A DNA stretch of 64,000 bases from Takakia lepidozioides (Eukaryota; Plantae; Bryophyta), in NCBI GenBank assembly GCA_030704615.1, contig CM060732.1:27652001-27716000 (forward strand). The letters run 5' to 3'. Within the stretch, counting starts at the first letter, position 1, and every line of letters starts with the position of its first letter. The notes below the pieces were generated by a model, which worked only from the letters and a program-made list of their open reading frames with translations, made no database searches and was not told the DNA's origin. Shown piece after piece: positions 40,071 to 52,720 of this stretch. A program made the position numbers and the translations under genes.

Positions 40071-40185
40071 GGGGGCTGCTATTTCATGAGCGGCATGAGC
40101 ATGAGTGGAAAAAAAAAAAGCATGAGCAGACCATTGTGAGTCCACGGAAATAGGGTTAGGAGGCACGGAAATAGGGTCATGTGAA
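40071..40185 (+). mobile_element. Transposon terminus (TIR-like) of copy B
   Basis: GGGGGCTGCTATTTCATGAGC, CATGAGC repeats and twice CACGGAAATAGGG. Copy A homology stops abruptly here. Confidence 0.8.
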
Positions 40186-40291
40186 GTTGGAATGTGGCAC
40201 AAGTGGACTTGAAATGCAACATTTTATTGTAAATTTTGTGGCAAGCCACGTCTATACAAGTGTGTTCTAACCGTCATAGCCGGAATGGGCA

Positions 40292-43200
40292 CTACTCTCC
40301 TACACCCTCCGAGGAACTTGCCCCACCTTCTTCCTCATCCCCCTCATCCCCCTCATCCTCCGAGCTCTGTGATGCATCAGTTCCACTATGCCTCTCAAAA
40401 ATCCCGTCCTCTCCTTGGGGGACTGTCCACCTCACCTCCTGGGAATCTTCTGCCTCTTCTCCCCCACTTTCCTCAGCAGAATCCAAGACAAATCTACGAG
40501 CCCGACGGGCTCTAATAGCTGCTGCCTCCTCCCTCATCTTCATTTTCTTGAGGCTTGCCTCGTCTAAAATCTGTTGTACACGACTAGGTTCGGAACACCT
40601 CCTAATGGACACCGAAGCAAGCCGGGCAGCATAAGTAGGAAGGATGTACTCCCTTTCTGGACTAGGCATGAAATCCCCCCTGGCAATAAAAGGCACGTTC
40701 CTCCTGCCCATGAACTCCGGTGTAGACGTCCCTCCTGCAGTACTTGGCATCCTATAGTAAGAACAAATCCACTTCAAGAATGTCAATACCAGCACAACCA
40801 GAAAGGGTTTTCAATGAAATAAGAGAGCGGAGGGAGGTGCCTCATGAAATCTGGAGGCAACTTACAATGCCACCACTCACTCGTAAACTGGGGGCTCCTC
40901 GGCCTCGATCCCAACTTCCTCCCCCTGCTCCTTCTCGGATTTTTCCTCATCCTCCGAGGATGCCTCTTCCTCTTTCGGCAGACGTTCAGCCGCTGCAAGT
41001 TCCGAGTTCTGGAGGGCAGTATCTGGCTCGAAGGCGAACACATGCCTGTCGGACAACGTCCCTGCCCACATTGAAGCACCTGAGGAACAAAGCGGGCGGT
41101 TAATAGCTTGCGGCATGCAATTGCAATCGGGCCAGGGGACAAACTGTGCACGTGAAGGCTTACCCGTGCTGCATGTGAGGTCCAGAATCTGCCCTTGGAC
41201 ATCCGAGCACGTCTCCATGAGGGTTTGGATGAAAGCAGGCCTTCGGGTCCGGCTGTACCGCCACGGTTTGCCTGTCTTTGTGTCCTTCGGCATACTAGAG
41301 TGGGGCAGATAGTTGTAGAGGACATCGTAGGTTACAGGGTCCACAGCGGCATCAACAAGACGACCGTCGTTGCGGAATTTGAACGTAGACCCTCTCTTCA
41401 CAAAGCAATATGCCTCAAATACCAATGTCTGCACATCCAACAAAGAAGAGATCAACTCCAGGGTCTACTTAACATACACCACAATATGAAGTGAATGCAA
41501 TAGATTGATAACTTACACTTTGGCCCTCTATTCGCAACCCCTGTGTACTGATGCAGAACCATTTTCTGAGGAGGACCGGGGTGACACTTTTCGGTGTCCA
41601 CCTTGCCACCGCATTCTCTGTGGTCTTCCCTCTCGTGGCAAGGACAACCACACATCCACCGTCATCCAGAAGCATCCCCGCCAGCCCAAACCCGGCTTTC
41701 CAGTAGTCCTCAGTAAACCTGTTCCAGGTGGGCACACCATCCAGGCCCTCCAGCAGCTCCCCATCTGGAATGTTGAGGAGAATCATGTCGCAAGCTCTCT
41801 CCACCTCAACCCCCCCCCGAGTGCTCTTCGTGCTCACAGCCGTGAAGAATTCCATCATGGCTTCAAAACCAGGGGTGTCTTTAGGCTCTGTACCGCCAGC
41901 CCTCTTCTTGGCTTTCCCCTTCTGCTCCGCCAGAGACTTGTTGTGTGCCACCTTCTTCGCCCTGGCAGCGAGAGCGTCAAGGAAGCTCTCATTGACACAT
42001 TGAATGATGGTTGGAGGTTCTAGCTTTGGCCTGTGCGTAAACGTCACCGCCGAATACCGCCGTGTAGGCTCGCCCTCAAATGCCAACTTCTTGGCAGAGC
42101 CAGTCCCACTCCGAACTGACTTGGGAACCCGAACGACCGGTGACTGGGTAGGAGCAACAGCAGTCGCAGGACCTTGAACAAAGTTGTCGTCCGAGTCACT
42201 CTCTTGGGTCCCCTCCTGCGCCTCCTCCGATGCCCCGATGGTTTTCTTCTTTTTGGGTGTTACTGCACTCACCTGTTTCCTTGTCCTTTTCCTTTGGCCT
42301 TTACTCTTCTCATGCAATTCATTGAATGTACATGTATGCAGGTACATGCTATTCGAATGCTATCGTAGCTGATGATGTTATGCAATTCCTGCCTGAGCAA
42401 GCTCTGTCGCTTTCCTGGAGTTCGCAAGCGCTTTTGCCTCTTTTGCACCCAACAGAGGCAGCGGAGCCCGGTTTCGTCGGAATTCAGCATCCAGTTTCAA
42501 TTGAAACTCGGATGGGTCGAGCGAGCCGGGCGGAAGGTCCACATACCAAGGGCAATCACGCAAATGTTCCAGATGCCACTCCTTCACAATATCGTCAGTG
42601 TACATGGAGTTAGCCCCAGGGTTCCTCCATGCCAGGAAGAATGGTGGCTCGAAAGACAGATGACATTTCTCCAAAAGAGAGAACTTGCAGTACCTGCATT
42701 CATGAAAAACACAACGAGGTCCCTGAAATGCATATTCGGCACCATTTTCCCAGGTTGGGGCGGATGTGAGTGGGCCTAGAAATGGAAAAATGGCGCCGAA
42801 TTTCGGTTTTCGGTGACTGCCACCCTAGGGACTTAGCCATCTTGGGAGCCCTGAACTGGAAATTCGGCGCCATTTTTCCCGGTTTGGCCCGAAGATGGCT
42901 AAGTCCCAGAACCGCAATAGGGCCTAGAACTGGAAAAATGGCGCCGAATTTCCAGTTCAGGGCCAGCCACCCTAGGGACTTAGCCCGAAAATGGCCAAGT
43001 CCCTGAACGGCAATAGGGCCTGGAACTGGAAAATGGCGCCGAATTTCCAGTTCCGGGCCAGCCAGTCTAGGGACTTGGCCCAAAAATGGCCAAGTCCCTG
43101 AACGGCAATAGGGCCTGGAACTGGAAAATGGCGCCGAATTTCCAGTTCCGGGCCAGCCAGTCTAGGGACTTGGCCCAAAAATGGCCAAGTCCCTGAACGG

Positions 43201-45198
43201 CAATAGGGCCTGGAACTGGAAAATGGCACCGAATTTCCAGTTCCGGGCCAGCCAGTCTAGGGACTTGGCCCAAAAATGGCCAAGTCCCTGAACGGCAATA
43301 GGGCCTGGAACTGGAAAATGGCGCCGAATTTCCAGTTCCGGGCCAGCCAGTCTAGGGACTTGGCCCAAAAATGGCCAAGTCCCTGAACGGCAATAGGGCC
43401 TGGAACTGGAAAATGGCGCCGAATTTCCAGTTCCGGGCCAGCCAGTCTAGGGACTTAGCCCGAAAATGGCCCAAGTCCCTGAACGGCAATAGGGCCTGGA
43501 ACTGGAAAATGACGCCGAATTTCCACTTCAGGGCCAGCCACCCTAGGGACTTAGCCATTTTCGGAGCCCTGACTGGAAATTCGGCGCCATTTTCCCTAAC
43601 ACCACATGAGGCCTCTAACATCCTGAAATGCAAGGACTTGAAAGAAAGGCAGCGCGTATGTACCTGTACAGAAGGCGCATTGCTGCTTTGTTCGCGTTCG
43701 GCTAGTCGGTAAACTCGTGGCTCCGGCGAGCATCTGCTATCTCCCAAAAGAATAGGTTGGTTTTGTAGAGCAGAAAGTACCTCGTCACATAGTCCCGTAG
43801 GCTCTCTGCTGCAGGAGATATCTCCATCTTGAACTGATGTGCTTGTGTGTCCAGCTGCTCTTGCGCATTCGTCGTCACCTGTGGAGATTCTCCATCAGAT
43901 CGCTTTCCTGAAAAAATACAATGAATCCACCCCCTACTAGAGTAGAAGCCCCAAACGAAGCATGGGGAAGTACCTGAAACCACCATGTCATGCGGTTCAT
44001 CCACATGTCGAATGTGGGGTCAGAGAGTTTGTCCGGTTTGGGGAAGCTCCACATGTCCCTGGTACTTTGGGAACCATTCCAGATTTGGAGCCACCGGGTC
44101 TGTCCAACCACCCAGCATATTCGTAAGCGCCAAACACCACAAAAAGGAGTTGTTGCCACCACAATTTGGTTAAGAATGTATCACCTTTTCTGTTGCATCC
44201 ACACAGGATGTGGCTAGACGATGGAGCTTCTCCAATGTCATCGTGGGCTTCAGAGCGCGAGAATAGTGCTTCCCCACCTCCACCAGAAAGTCGGCACCAA
44301 GGGCGGGATCAGCTATGGCCATGTACTTTACCATCCGCGACTTGTACTTTATGCGGGCCCTCACCTCCGCAGCTTTGACATACGATTCAAGTTCCGGGAG
44401 GGTTGGAGTCTTCTCCTCTGACTCCATGTAGAACCTCCGCGCATGTGCCAAATCTTGCTATATTTTCGTCTGTCAAGAATGCGCACATAAGATTAGAGAT
44501 CCAACTCAACACAATTTCTTCTGTTGGGGGAGGAGATTAGAAATCACGGTGAAGACCTTTTCTTCTATTGGGGGAGGAGAGACAGATTAGCTCAACAAAA
44601 CTGTCAGGAGCTTTACCCGAAATATGTAGTCCACCATGGCGTCGACGCTCAGCCTATACCAGGTTCTGTCTGCCTTTGCCTCCGACTTGCGCAGGAGGTC
44701 GGCACTGAGGGAATTGGCAAACTCTTGCACCCCCTGCTTCCCGACATCCTTCACTCGGAAGAGCATATGGGACAAGTTGGTGGCAATGAAGGCATTCTCA
44801 GTCACCCTGCAGTGCCACATTTCCATCAAACAATACTGAAATGGGAATTTTCATCATATATGAGGATTCGCAATGAAATGACTTCCAAATTCAAAGTCCA
44901 AAAGCGAGAGGCGTTGTAGCTTACGAGTTGATGTCGGCCATTGCAGCTTTGAGAAGACTGCGATCTTTGGGCCCCGCAACCTTCAGCACAACACAATCCA
45001 CGGTGAAATGCCAATCGAGGTCGTTGGGGTGGGCTTGGGCAATGTGCTCCATCCATGCCAGGAGGCGATGATTGCCGTCCCACACGTAGAACATCTTACC
45101 GGACAAGTGCTGGAAAAGAGGATCACTAGCAATCGATCTCTCGAACTCCTCATTTCGCGTTTGCCAATGGGGACCCCATTTGTCCACCTCATCGGAAA
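40292..45198 (-). pseudogene. ParB-MTase gene copy B (5'-truncated within the ParB exon)
   Basis: Reverse-complement colinear with copy C 54480-59018. FYVWDGNHRLLAW at ~45054-45092; DMILLNIPDG; ILDLTCSTG. Confidence 0.85.
42740..43595 (-). repeat. Intronic array of copy B dominated by near-identical 95-bp units
   Basis: Units start at 43003, 43098, 43193, 43288, 43383. Each has one GGAAAATGGCGCCGAATTTCC hairpin and a GGGACTTGGCC..GGCCAAGTCCC hairpin. Confidence 0.93.
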
Positions 45199-45625
45199 GT
45201 CTTGACTTCGCAGGACCGTTGTCACTGACTATGCGCCATCACAAATATGTGTTGGTGATGGTGGAGCACTTCTCCAAGTGGATTGAGTTGGTTCCATTGC
45301 CTGACAAGGCTAGTGAGGGGGCTGCGTATGCATTCTTGGATCGTGTGCTTAGCCGATTTGGTGCTCCAGCTGAGGTACTCACGGACCAAGGGATAGAGTT
45401 TTTGGGGGAGTTTCAGGCTTTGTGTGATAAAGCCTTGATAGACCACCGCACCACTTCTCGGGATCATCCTGAGGCCGATGGCTTAGCAGAGAGAGTTGTT
45501 CAGACGGTGAAGAGGGGTTTGCGCAAGTATGGCTTGCAGAAGGGACACCTAGGAGATTGGGATCTTCAGGTTCCTTGGTTAGCCATGGGCTACAGGTTCA
45601 GCAAACAAGCATCACTTGCCTCCTT
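45199..45625 (+). pseudogene. Inverted integrase core fragment of the DNMT3-gypsy family
   Basis: SLDFAGPL..VEHFSKW..TDQG..DGLAERVVQTVK on the plus strand, opposite to the rest of the element; homologous to 10895-11310. Confidence 0.88.
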
Positions 45626-47659
45626 CTGTCTCCCGTGCGGAGGTAGTCCAACATAGCCGAATCCTCATGTATATCTCTGGCACCACCTAGCTCATCACTA
45701 GCCTCAGGGTCCTCAGACACTCCGTCTATAGTCATCCCTATTGTAGGTCCAATCTGACCTCCCGATGCCAAGATACACAAAAATGCAGATGCGTGCCATC
45801 CCGGCACCATCTCCTCGTCCGTCTCACCATGCCACCGAGCTCCAATGTCATCCTGCTGGCTCATGCATGGATTGCGACTCAATCCATCCGCATCCCGATT
45901 GACCAAACCCGGTCGATGCACAACCTGAAAGTCATACTCCTGGAGTATAAGTGCCCACCGTGCAAGCTTCCCCGTAAGCTTGTCTGACTCCATCAACCAC
46001 TTGAGTGGCTGGTGATCCGTGACAAGGGTGAAAAGATTGCCGTATAGATAGCACCTGAAGTGTGCCACGGCCCACACTGCAGCTAAGCACTCTCCCTCAT
46101 ATGAGCTGTACTTAGCCCGCAGCGTTGTTCGAGCGGCTAGCGTAAGCCACTACGAACTCTCTTCCCTCATCATCCACCTGTGTGAGCACCGCTCCAAGCC
46201 CCAGCATGCTCCAATCTGTATGCAGCTGAAAGGGACGCCCCCTGATAGGTCGTCTCAAGATAGGCGCCGAGGTCAACCTTGCCTTGAGCTCTTGAAAAGC
46301 TCGTTCCTGCTCATCTTCCCACTGCCACTCCTGGTCCACCTTGGTCAGCTTGGTTAGAGCCTTTGCAATGGTACTAAATCCGACAAACCATCTATAATAG
46401 TTTGTCAACCCCATGAAAGCTCAAACTCGGCTCACATCCGTGGGGCGTGGAATTTGTGCAATGGCCTCTACCTTAGTCTGCTGTACCCCCAATCCTCCAG
46501 GATATATCATGTGACCCAGATACTCAATCTGGTTGTGGAAAAACTTGCACTTCCCCGGATGCAACTTCAATCCGTGCGCTCTCAAGCGCTCCAATACCAC
46601 CTGAAGGTGTCTCTCATGCTCCTCCATCGTAACACTAAAGATGATGATGTCATCTATGTAGCACCGAGCAAAGTCCACCCCTGCTAGAATCCTATCCATG
46701 ACTCTCTGGAACTCTGCAGGAGCATTCTTAAGCCCAAATGGTAAGAACCGCCACTGATATAGGCAATCCTTGCCGTGCTCATTGATCCCCCAGAATGCCG
46801 TCTTTTGCTTGTCCGCCTCCTTGATTGGCAACTGGTGATATCCGGATCGTAAATCCAAAGTGCTAAAGGCCTTAGCATGCCCGATGGCATCAAAGATCTC
46901 CTCTGGTGTTGGCATGGCATACTTATCGGACTTGGTCTGACGATTTACAGGCCGGTAATCACCGCACATACGTCTCTCCGTCCAATTGCCATAGACATCC
47001 TTCTTGGCTGGCATCACTGTGGCTGAAGCATACTCTCCACCAGAGAGCTCCACCAAACCTGCCTCCCAGAGATCTTGAGTCCTCATCTGAATCAAAGACC
47101 TCTCCATGTCACTGTATCTATAGGGTCTCCGAAAGATTGGCGTGTCAGTGGCCAACTCAATACGGATCTCTTGACCCTTCAGTGCTCCCAAGTCCTTCAA
47201 ACTGAAGGCAAAGCAATTCCTGTAAGCCCTCAGGAACCGCCGTATACGTCGTCTCTCTCCTCCGGTGACAATGGGTCCAATGTCAGGCTCCCAATTGTCC
47301 TCCGTAACTGCAACCTTAAGTCCAATGGGCTTAGAGGTAGAGGACGCGTCCAATGGTTGCTATGTTGCAACCTCTTGAGCAGTACTCCCTGCCTGCTCAG
47401 TCAATGACAAGGCCTCATCCTGCCCCATCATCTCATCCTTGAGGACCTCCTCAACCCGAGAAGAATCCCCAACCTCATCCATCACAGCCGCCTTGGCTGC
47501 CAACTCCCTCTGAACCTCGAGCACCTCCCACGTGTGCCATGGATGCATGCACCCCATGGTCCTCACATGCTCGCCCCCATTCACTGCCTGTACCGTCTCG
47601 GTAGGTAGAGAGACCATTGAGGGAAGTGTACTCCGCACTCTGCGTTGCTCAGCCAGAGC

Positions 47660-48620
47660 CAAGCTGATAATCCAGGTCAAGCAATTGAGATCCATTGCTT
47701 GCCCCAACACTTGACGACGTGATGCCTCAGAAAGAGACGACACCGCCGTGGTACCAGTGGTAAAACCCATTGCCCGCTCACGCTCGTCAGCATTAGGCTC
47801 CACTAACTGCTGCAACTAAGCATCCCACAGGAGGCCAGGTCCACTATCCCGGAAAGCATGCGATCCTGGGAAGCTGAGCAGTGTAGGTAATGCTGCTCGT
47901 GGTTGACCCACCTTGTGACCACTGCCAAAGGCGAACGGTCATCGTGTCTCACATGCTGAGACTGCCTCCCTGTGTCCAGAATGTTATCCACTGTGAGATG
48001 TGCTGGCCGCTGCACCCCATCAAATGCACGTTTGAGCAGTGCGGGTGGCATCAAGTTAGTCCACCATAGTCGTGGACGATGAGCCCGTGACCCCACTGTA
48101 GCTGCATCTAGCAACACTACTGACCCAAGCCACGACCGGACTTGATGCACACTGGCCATCACCCTGGCCCGAGAATCGCCCATCAGTGGCACATTCTCCA
48201 AGATGTATGCTGGAGATACAGCTTGATGAAGCTGCAAGTGGCACAAAACCCGCACCATCTCCAAAAACAGACCCGACCTCGAGTCTCGCAATCCATTGTC
48301 ATGCCCGGCTGATGAATGCCCTTGGCAGGGCCAACCTGCCACTACCAGATCAATGGAGCCAACCCGCTCCAAATCCTGTGCCCCCAGCAACGAAATGTCT
48401 GCTGGCAAGGCCTGCTGATATCCACGAATTGCAGACACCGACAACAACTCAGGGTACCGCTGCACCAACTGAGCAACATGGTGAAGTGAAACGCATCGTG
48501 CAGTCTCATCCCTCTCCACATACAGGTAACGCCGAACTCGTACACCTGCTTGTAACACAGCAGCCAATCCGGTGCTGATCCCGCCAAACAAGTCCAGAAG
48601 ACAAATGCCTTCATCCGGAT
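47660..48620 (-). pseudogene. DNMT3-like C5 cytosine methyltransferase domain inside the polyprotein
   Basis: Motif I LLDLFGGISTG; II YVE; IV DLVVAGWPCQG; SGLFLE; VI ILENV; VIII AHRPRLWWTNL; IX-X ERERAMGF..RRQVLGQAM. One frameshift (~47915) and one stop (~47818). Confidence 0.92.
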
Positions 48621-51389
48621 ACTGCCACACAATAGGTGTGGTGTCCAATGGAGACAATTGAGGTGGTCCTGGTGCAATCCCCACACTCTCCTCCTCTCCT
48701 GACGGTACAAAAGCCTCCACCCAGGCTTGTTGCACCCGTCGATCAGCATCCCACTGCAAATCCTTGCTCGTGCCCCACAATGGAGTCTGAGCAACCATGG
48801 TAGGCAACTCCGCCATACCATACATGTCATCTTGCTCTCCCGGAGGTGGTACATCCTCTGAATGAGCATTGCCCTCAAGCAACTCTCTAGGCCAACTCAC
48901 TGCCGTTGTGAATGCTGCTAGTGTCGGCATCTTGCCTCGCTGGGCAACCGCAACTCCTCCTATGAACGTCACAGGGAGCTGCACACGCTGACCCTCCCCT
49001 GACTGCCATGCAGGCCTATAGGAAGCTGACTCCTCCCAAAAATCCAGGGTGAAGCCCATGGGGTACAACACTGCCCCACCAACCAGGACATCGTATGAGA
49101 CCGCGTCTGTCACAATGGCCTTGGCTCGCATCATTGAGCCATCTGTAGGGTGATCCGGCCGTAGTCTGATAGCCAACTCACGCCGTGTCATGCCCCGAGC
49201 TTGCTCCGATCCTCCCAGAGACGTCTGTATCTGGAAATGACAAGGCTCCATATCCGCCTCCGTGAGGCCCAAGCCTGCAATAGCAGCTCTGCCCAGCATC
49301 AGTGGCTGAGCTCCCGAGTCCAACAAGACCCGCAGTGGCCGGTACCTCTTGCCTGCCGGTCCACTCAAACAGAAAATGTCATCCTGGTTGTCTAACATGA
49401 CAACTCCAGGTGTCACCATGGCGCGCTCAATGGCTGGCCTAGCTGGCAGCTCCATCAACCTGGCAGCTGCAGCTTGCCATGGCGCCGCCGTGGCAGTCTT
49501 GACCCTCAAATCCGAGGATCCCTCCGGCACTACACCTCCCACTATCTCCGCAGAAGATGAAGTAACCTCCCCACTCTCACAGAGTGTAGCTGCCAACCTG
49601 AACACCTCAACTGGTCTTACCCCCGGCATCGCAATCATGGTAGCCGAGAACAATGGAGCCTGGCACACAGATGTGGCCGCTCCTAGCAGCACACTAGCTG
49701 CCGTAGCCTTGGCAACACTAGGTAGTGGTGCTACCCGTGTAGCTCTCCCCAATGGCATAGTAACCTCCGCCTCGGTAACAGTCGGGCGAGAACTAGGTGC
49801 CATGGATGGCGTCGACACTATCTCCGCCAATGTGAATGACTGAGGAAACCTAGCCTGACGGCTTGCCTCCCCACGCTGTGGATCCAACTCCACCTCTGCA
49901 CCTCGTGGCTCAGGAACTCGTGCTGCTCCTCGAGTCACGGCTGCAGCAGACTCCACCTGCACTAGTGGTAGTGCTGCTCCACACATGAATCCCATGCCTC
50001 CCATATCTCCTCCCTCAGGAGTAGGAGGTGGACCATCCAGCCTTAGAGCCGGTACCACCTGAGTTGTAGCCATGGCAGCGAGCCTCTGCTCTAGCTGCTG
50101 AAGCCGGTTGGCCATGCCTTGGTCAACACCCTGACCTCCGCGTCCTTGGCCACGTTGAGCTTGCCCTTGGCCTCGTGGCTGGCCACCTCGTCCTCTCTGG
50201 GCTGCTCCACCTCGCCCCCGGCCACCATTGTTCCCTTGGAACTGGCCTGGGCGCAACTCAGGATGCAAACCATAACACTGGGCCTCTCCATGCCCGTGCT
50301 TGCCACAATGCCCACACTGCAACTGTGCAGGCTGTGCATGTGCCGACCCTTTGCCTCCCTCTGGGCAATCCTTCTTGACATGGGGTCCTCCACATGTCCA
50401 GCACACCACATCCGCCCGTTGTTGGCCAGCAAATGAAGGGAGAGACCCCTGCATCTGAGGTCCTCTCTGCCCTTCCCTGAGCTTCACCTGAGCCCCCTTG
50501 TTGCCTTGAGCACGTTGAGGTAGTGGTTGGCTAAGAGCACCACTACCCCGTGGTGTCTCCTTAGCAAATCCCACCATGACCACTCGTTCCTCCACCATGT
50601 TGAGCTCTATCCGCTCTGCCAGCAAAAACACATTTGCTAAGGTGGGTTGGGCCGCTTGTAGGAGAGTTGCATCCCGCACCCTTCTCCTCAGCTCCTTGTC
50701 CAATATCCCATACCAGAATTGGACTACCTGAGCTTCCGTAACCCCTTGGGTTACATTTATCAAGCGCCTCATGCGAGTGTAAGCCTCCCTCAAGCTCTCG
50801 GTCGGCTTCCGTTGGAACTCTTGCAAGCTCCGCAACTTCTCTGTCCTCACCCCTTGGTAGTTCCTTCTCAACTCTTCAAAGAACTCCACAACAGGGTTGA
50901 AGGCAGGCACGGGTACTAGTGCTGGTGCGGTAGTGGCTTGGGTGGACGTCGTAGCTACTGTACCACCAGTCCCACTAGTCCCTCTGCTATTTGCTGAAGC
51001 TGCCGGTGCAGCGGCAGGTGCAGCCATTGCCCTCGTGGCTCTAGTGCCCCTAGTGATGGAGACATAGTCGGGTGACCAGTACATCCTCCACTCCTCGATC
51101 TCAACCTCATGCCCCCGCTTGAACTCATGTTAATCATCCATAGGCGGCCCCTCAAGGTGCTGAAACAGCCCCTTCCATACCATGAAAGGCGTAAATAGTT
51201 GTGGATTGCGCATTTGCTGCAAATCACACCAACTATCAAACTCTTGGATAAAATCATCCAACTCGATGGTGCCCACCGCCCCAGAGTACCTTCGTGGCCC
51301 CTTGGTAGCTCCATACATCTCCTCCATTGTGTCCCACAACAATGGCAAAGAAACAACTTGCACCGCCGGTATGAGATCAAAGGCCTCAG

Positions 51390-51870
51390 GCACGGCCTGT
51401 CACAGCCCCTCACAGCCCATCACAGCCCCAAAGGCCATGGGCACAGCCTGTCACAGCCCCGCACAACCTGTCATAGCTCACCACAGCCTGTCACAGCCCC
51501 ACAGGCCTCAGGCACGGCCTGACACAGCCCCTCACAGCCCATCACAGCCCCAAAGGCCATGGGCACAGCCTGTCACAGCCCCGCACAGCCCGTCACAGCC
51601 CACAGGCCACTGGGCACAGCCTGTCACAGCCCGTCACAGCCCCACAGGCCTCAGGCACGGCCTGACACAGCCCCTCACAGCCCGTCACAGCCCCAAAGGC
51701 CTCAGGCACGGCCTGTCACAGCCCTTCACAGCCCATCATAGTCCCAAAGGCCATGGGCACAGCCTGTCACAGCCCATCATAGCCCCCAAGGCCACCGGCA
51801 CAGCCCGTCATAGCCCCGAAGGCCATGGGCACAGCCTATCACAGCCCCTCACAGCCCGTCACAGCCCCAT
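51390..51870. repeat. Short-period (T)CACAGCCC repeat with higher-order structure, immediately 5' of gag
   Basis: Dozens of CACAGCC motifs in duplicated blocks. Confidence 0.85.
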
Positions 51871-52299
51871 CCATGGCCGCTCTGGCAGCTTAGCCATTTC
51901 TCCAAGGGGTTTAGCCACGCCAAGCTAGGGTTTGTGTCTCTTGGACTCTAGGCTTCTTTCCACCGAGCTATGGCGGCTGTGAGGGAATCAACAAGGTATT
52001 CTTGCTCTTTCAGCTCCCACACACCACCATAGTAGCCCTAAGCCATGAGGTGGTTGCCACAAACCAAGCCTTCTTTCTCACTTAGCCTCCCCAAACACGC
52101 CACTAAACTCAATGGCAAACAACCAAGCCCTGCTGGTTCCCAGCTCTTGTGAGCACTCATTCAAGCACTCTCCTTGGCCATAACATCTGTCTTAGAGCCT
52201 ATTTCAGCCCCCTACACCTGCTGCTTCAAGAGTTGCGCTCCCTTCAAGCTTGAAGTTGAAACCCCAACTCACATAGGCCCTACAAGTGCTTTTCTTTCA

Positions 52300-52720
52300 C
52301 TCCAAGTGGAAACCAGCCCTAGACCTTCCATTCAAGCTCTCTAAAGCTTGAAAACAAGAGCCTCAATGGGCTGAAGGCATGCTCCACACATGCCCCACTC
52401 TCACCATAAGAGAATCAGCTCCTTTGCTTCATTTCTTGCACCCACAAACCTGAAAATACAAGCTTCAGCAGGCTGAAAGCATGCTCCACATGCCCTACAG
52501 GGAAACCAGCCCCTTCCTTCCTTTCTTGCACCCCCACACCTGAAAGTGCAAGCCTTCACCAGGCTGATAGCATGCTCCACACATGCATTGCCCTCACATA
52601 AGGGAAGTCAGCCCTTCCCTCTTGCTTGCTTGCCCTCCAAGCTTGAAGATGGAAGCTTCAATGAGCTGAATACATGCTCCACACATGCAACCTCTTCACA
52701 CAAGAGATATTAGCCCCCTA
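52300..52720. repeat. Four diverged ~100-bp repeats in the 5' leader of the DNMT3-gypsy
   Basis: GCTGAxxxCATGCTCCACA recurs near 52370, 52472, 52563, 52665. Confidence 0.65.

Noticed and set aside
51182-51928. 248-aa HSPSQP-rich ORF
   Set aside because: It is an antisense translation of the CACAGCCC repeat in the retroelement leader.
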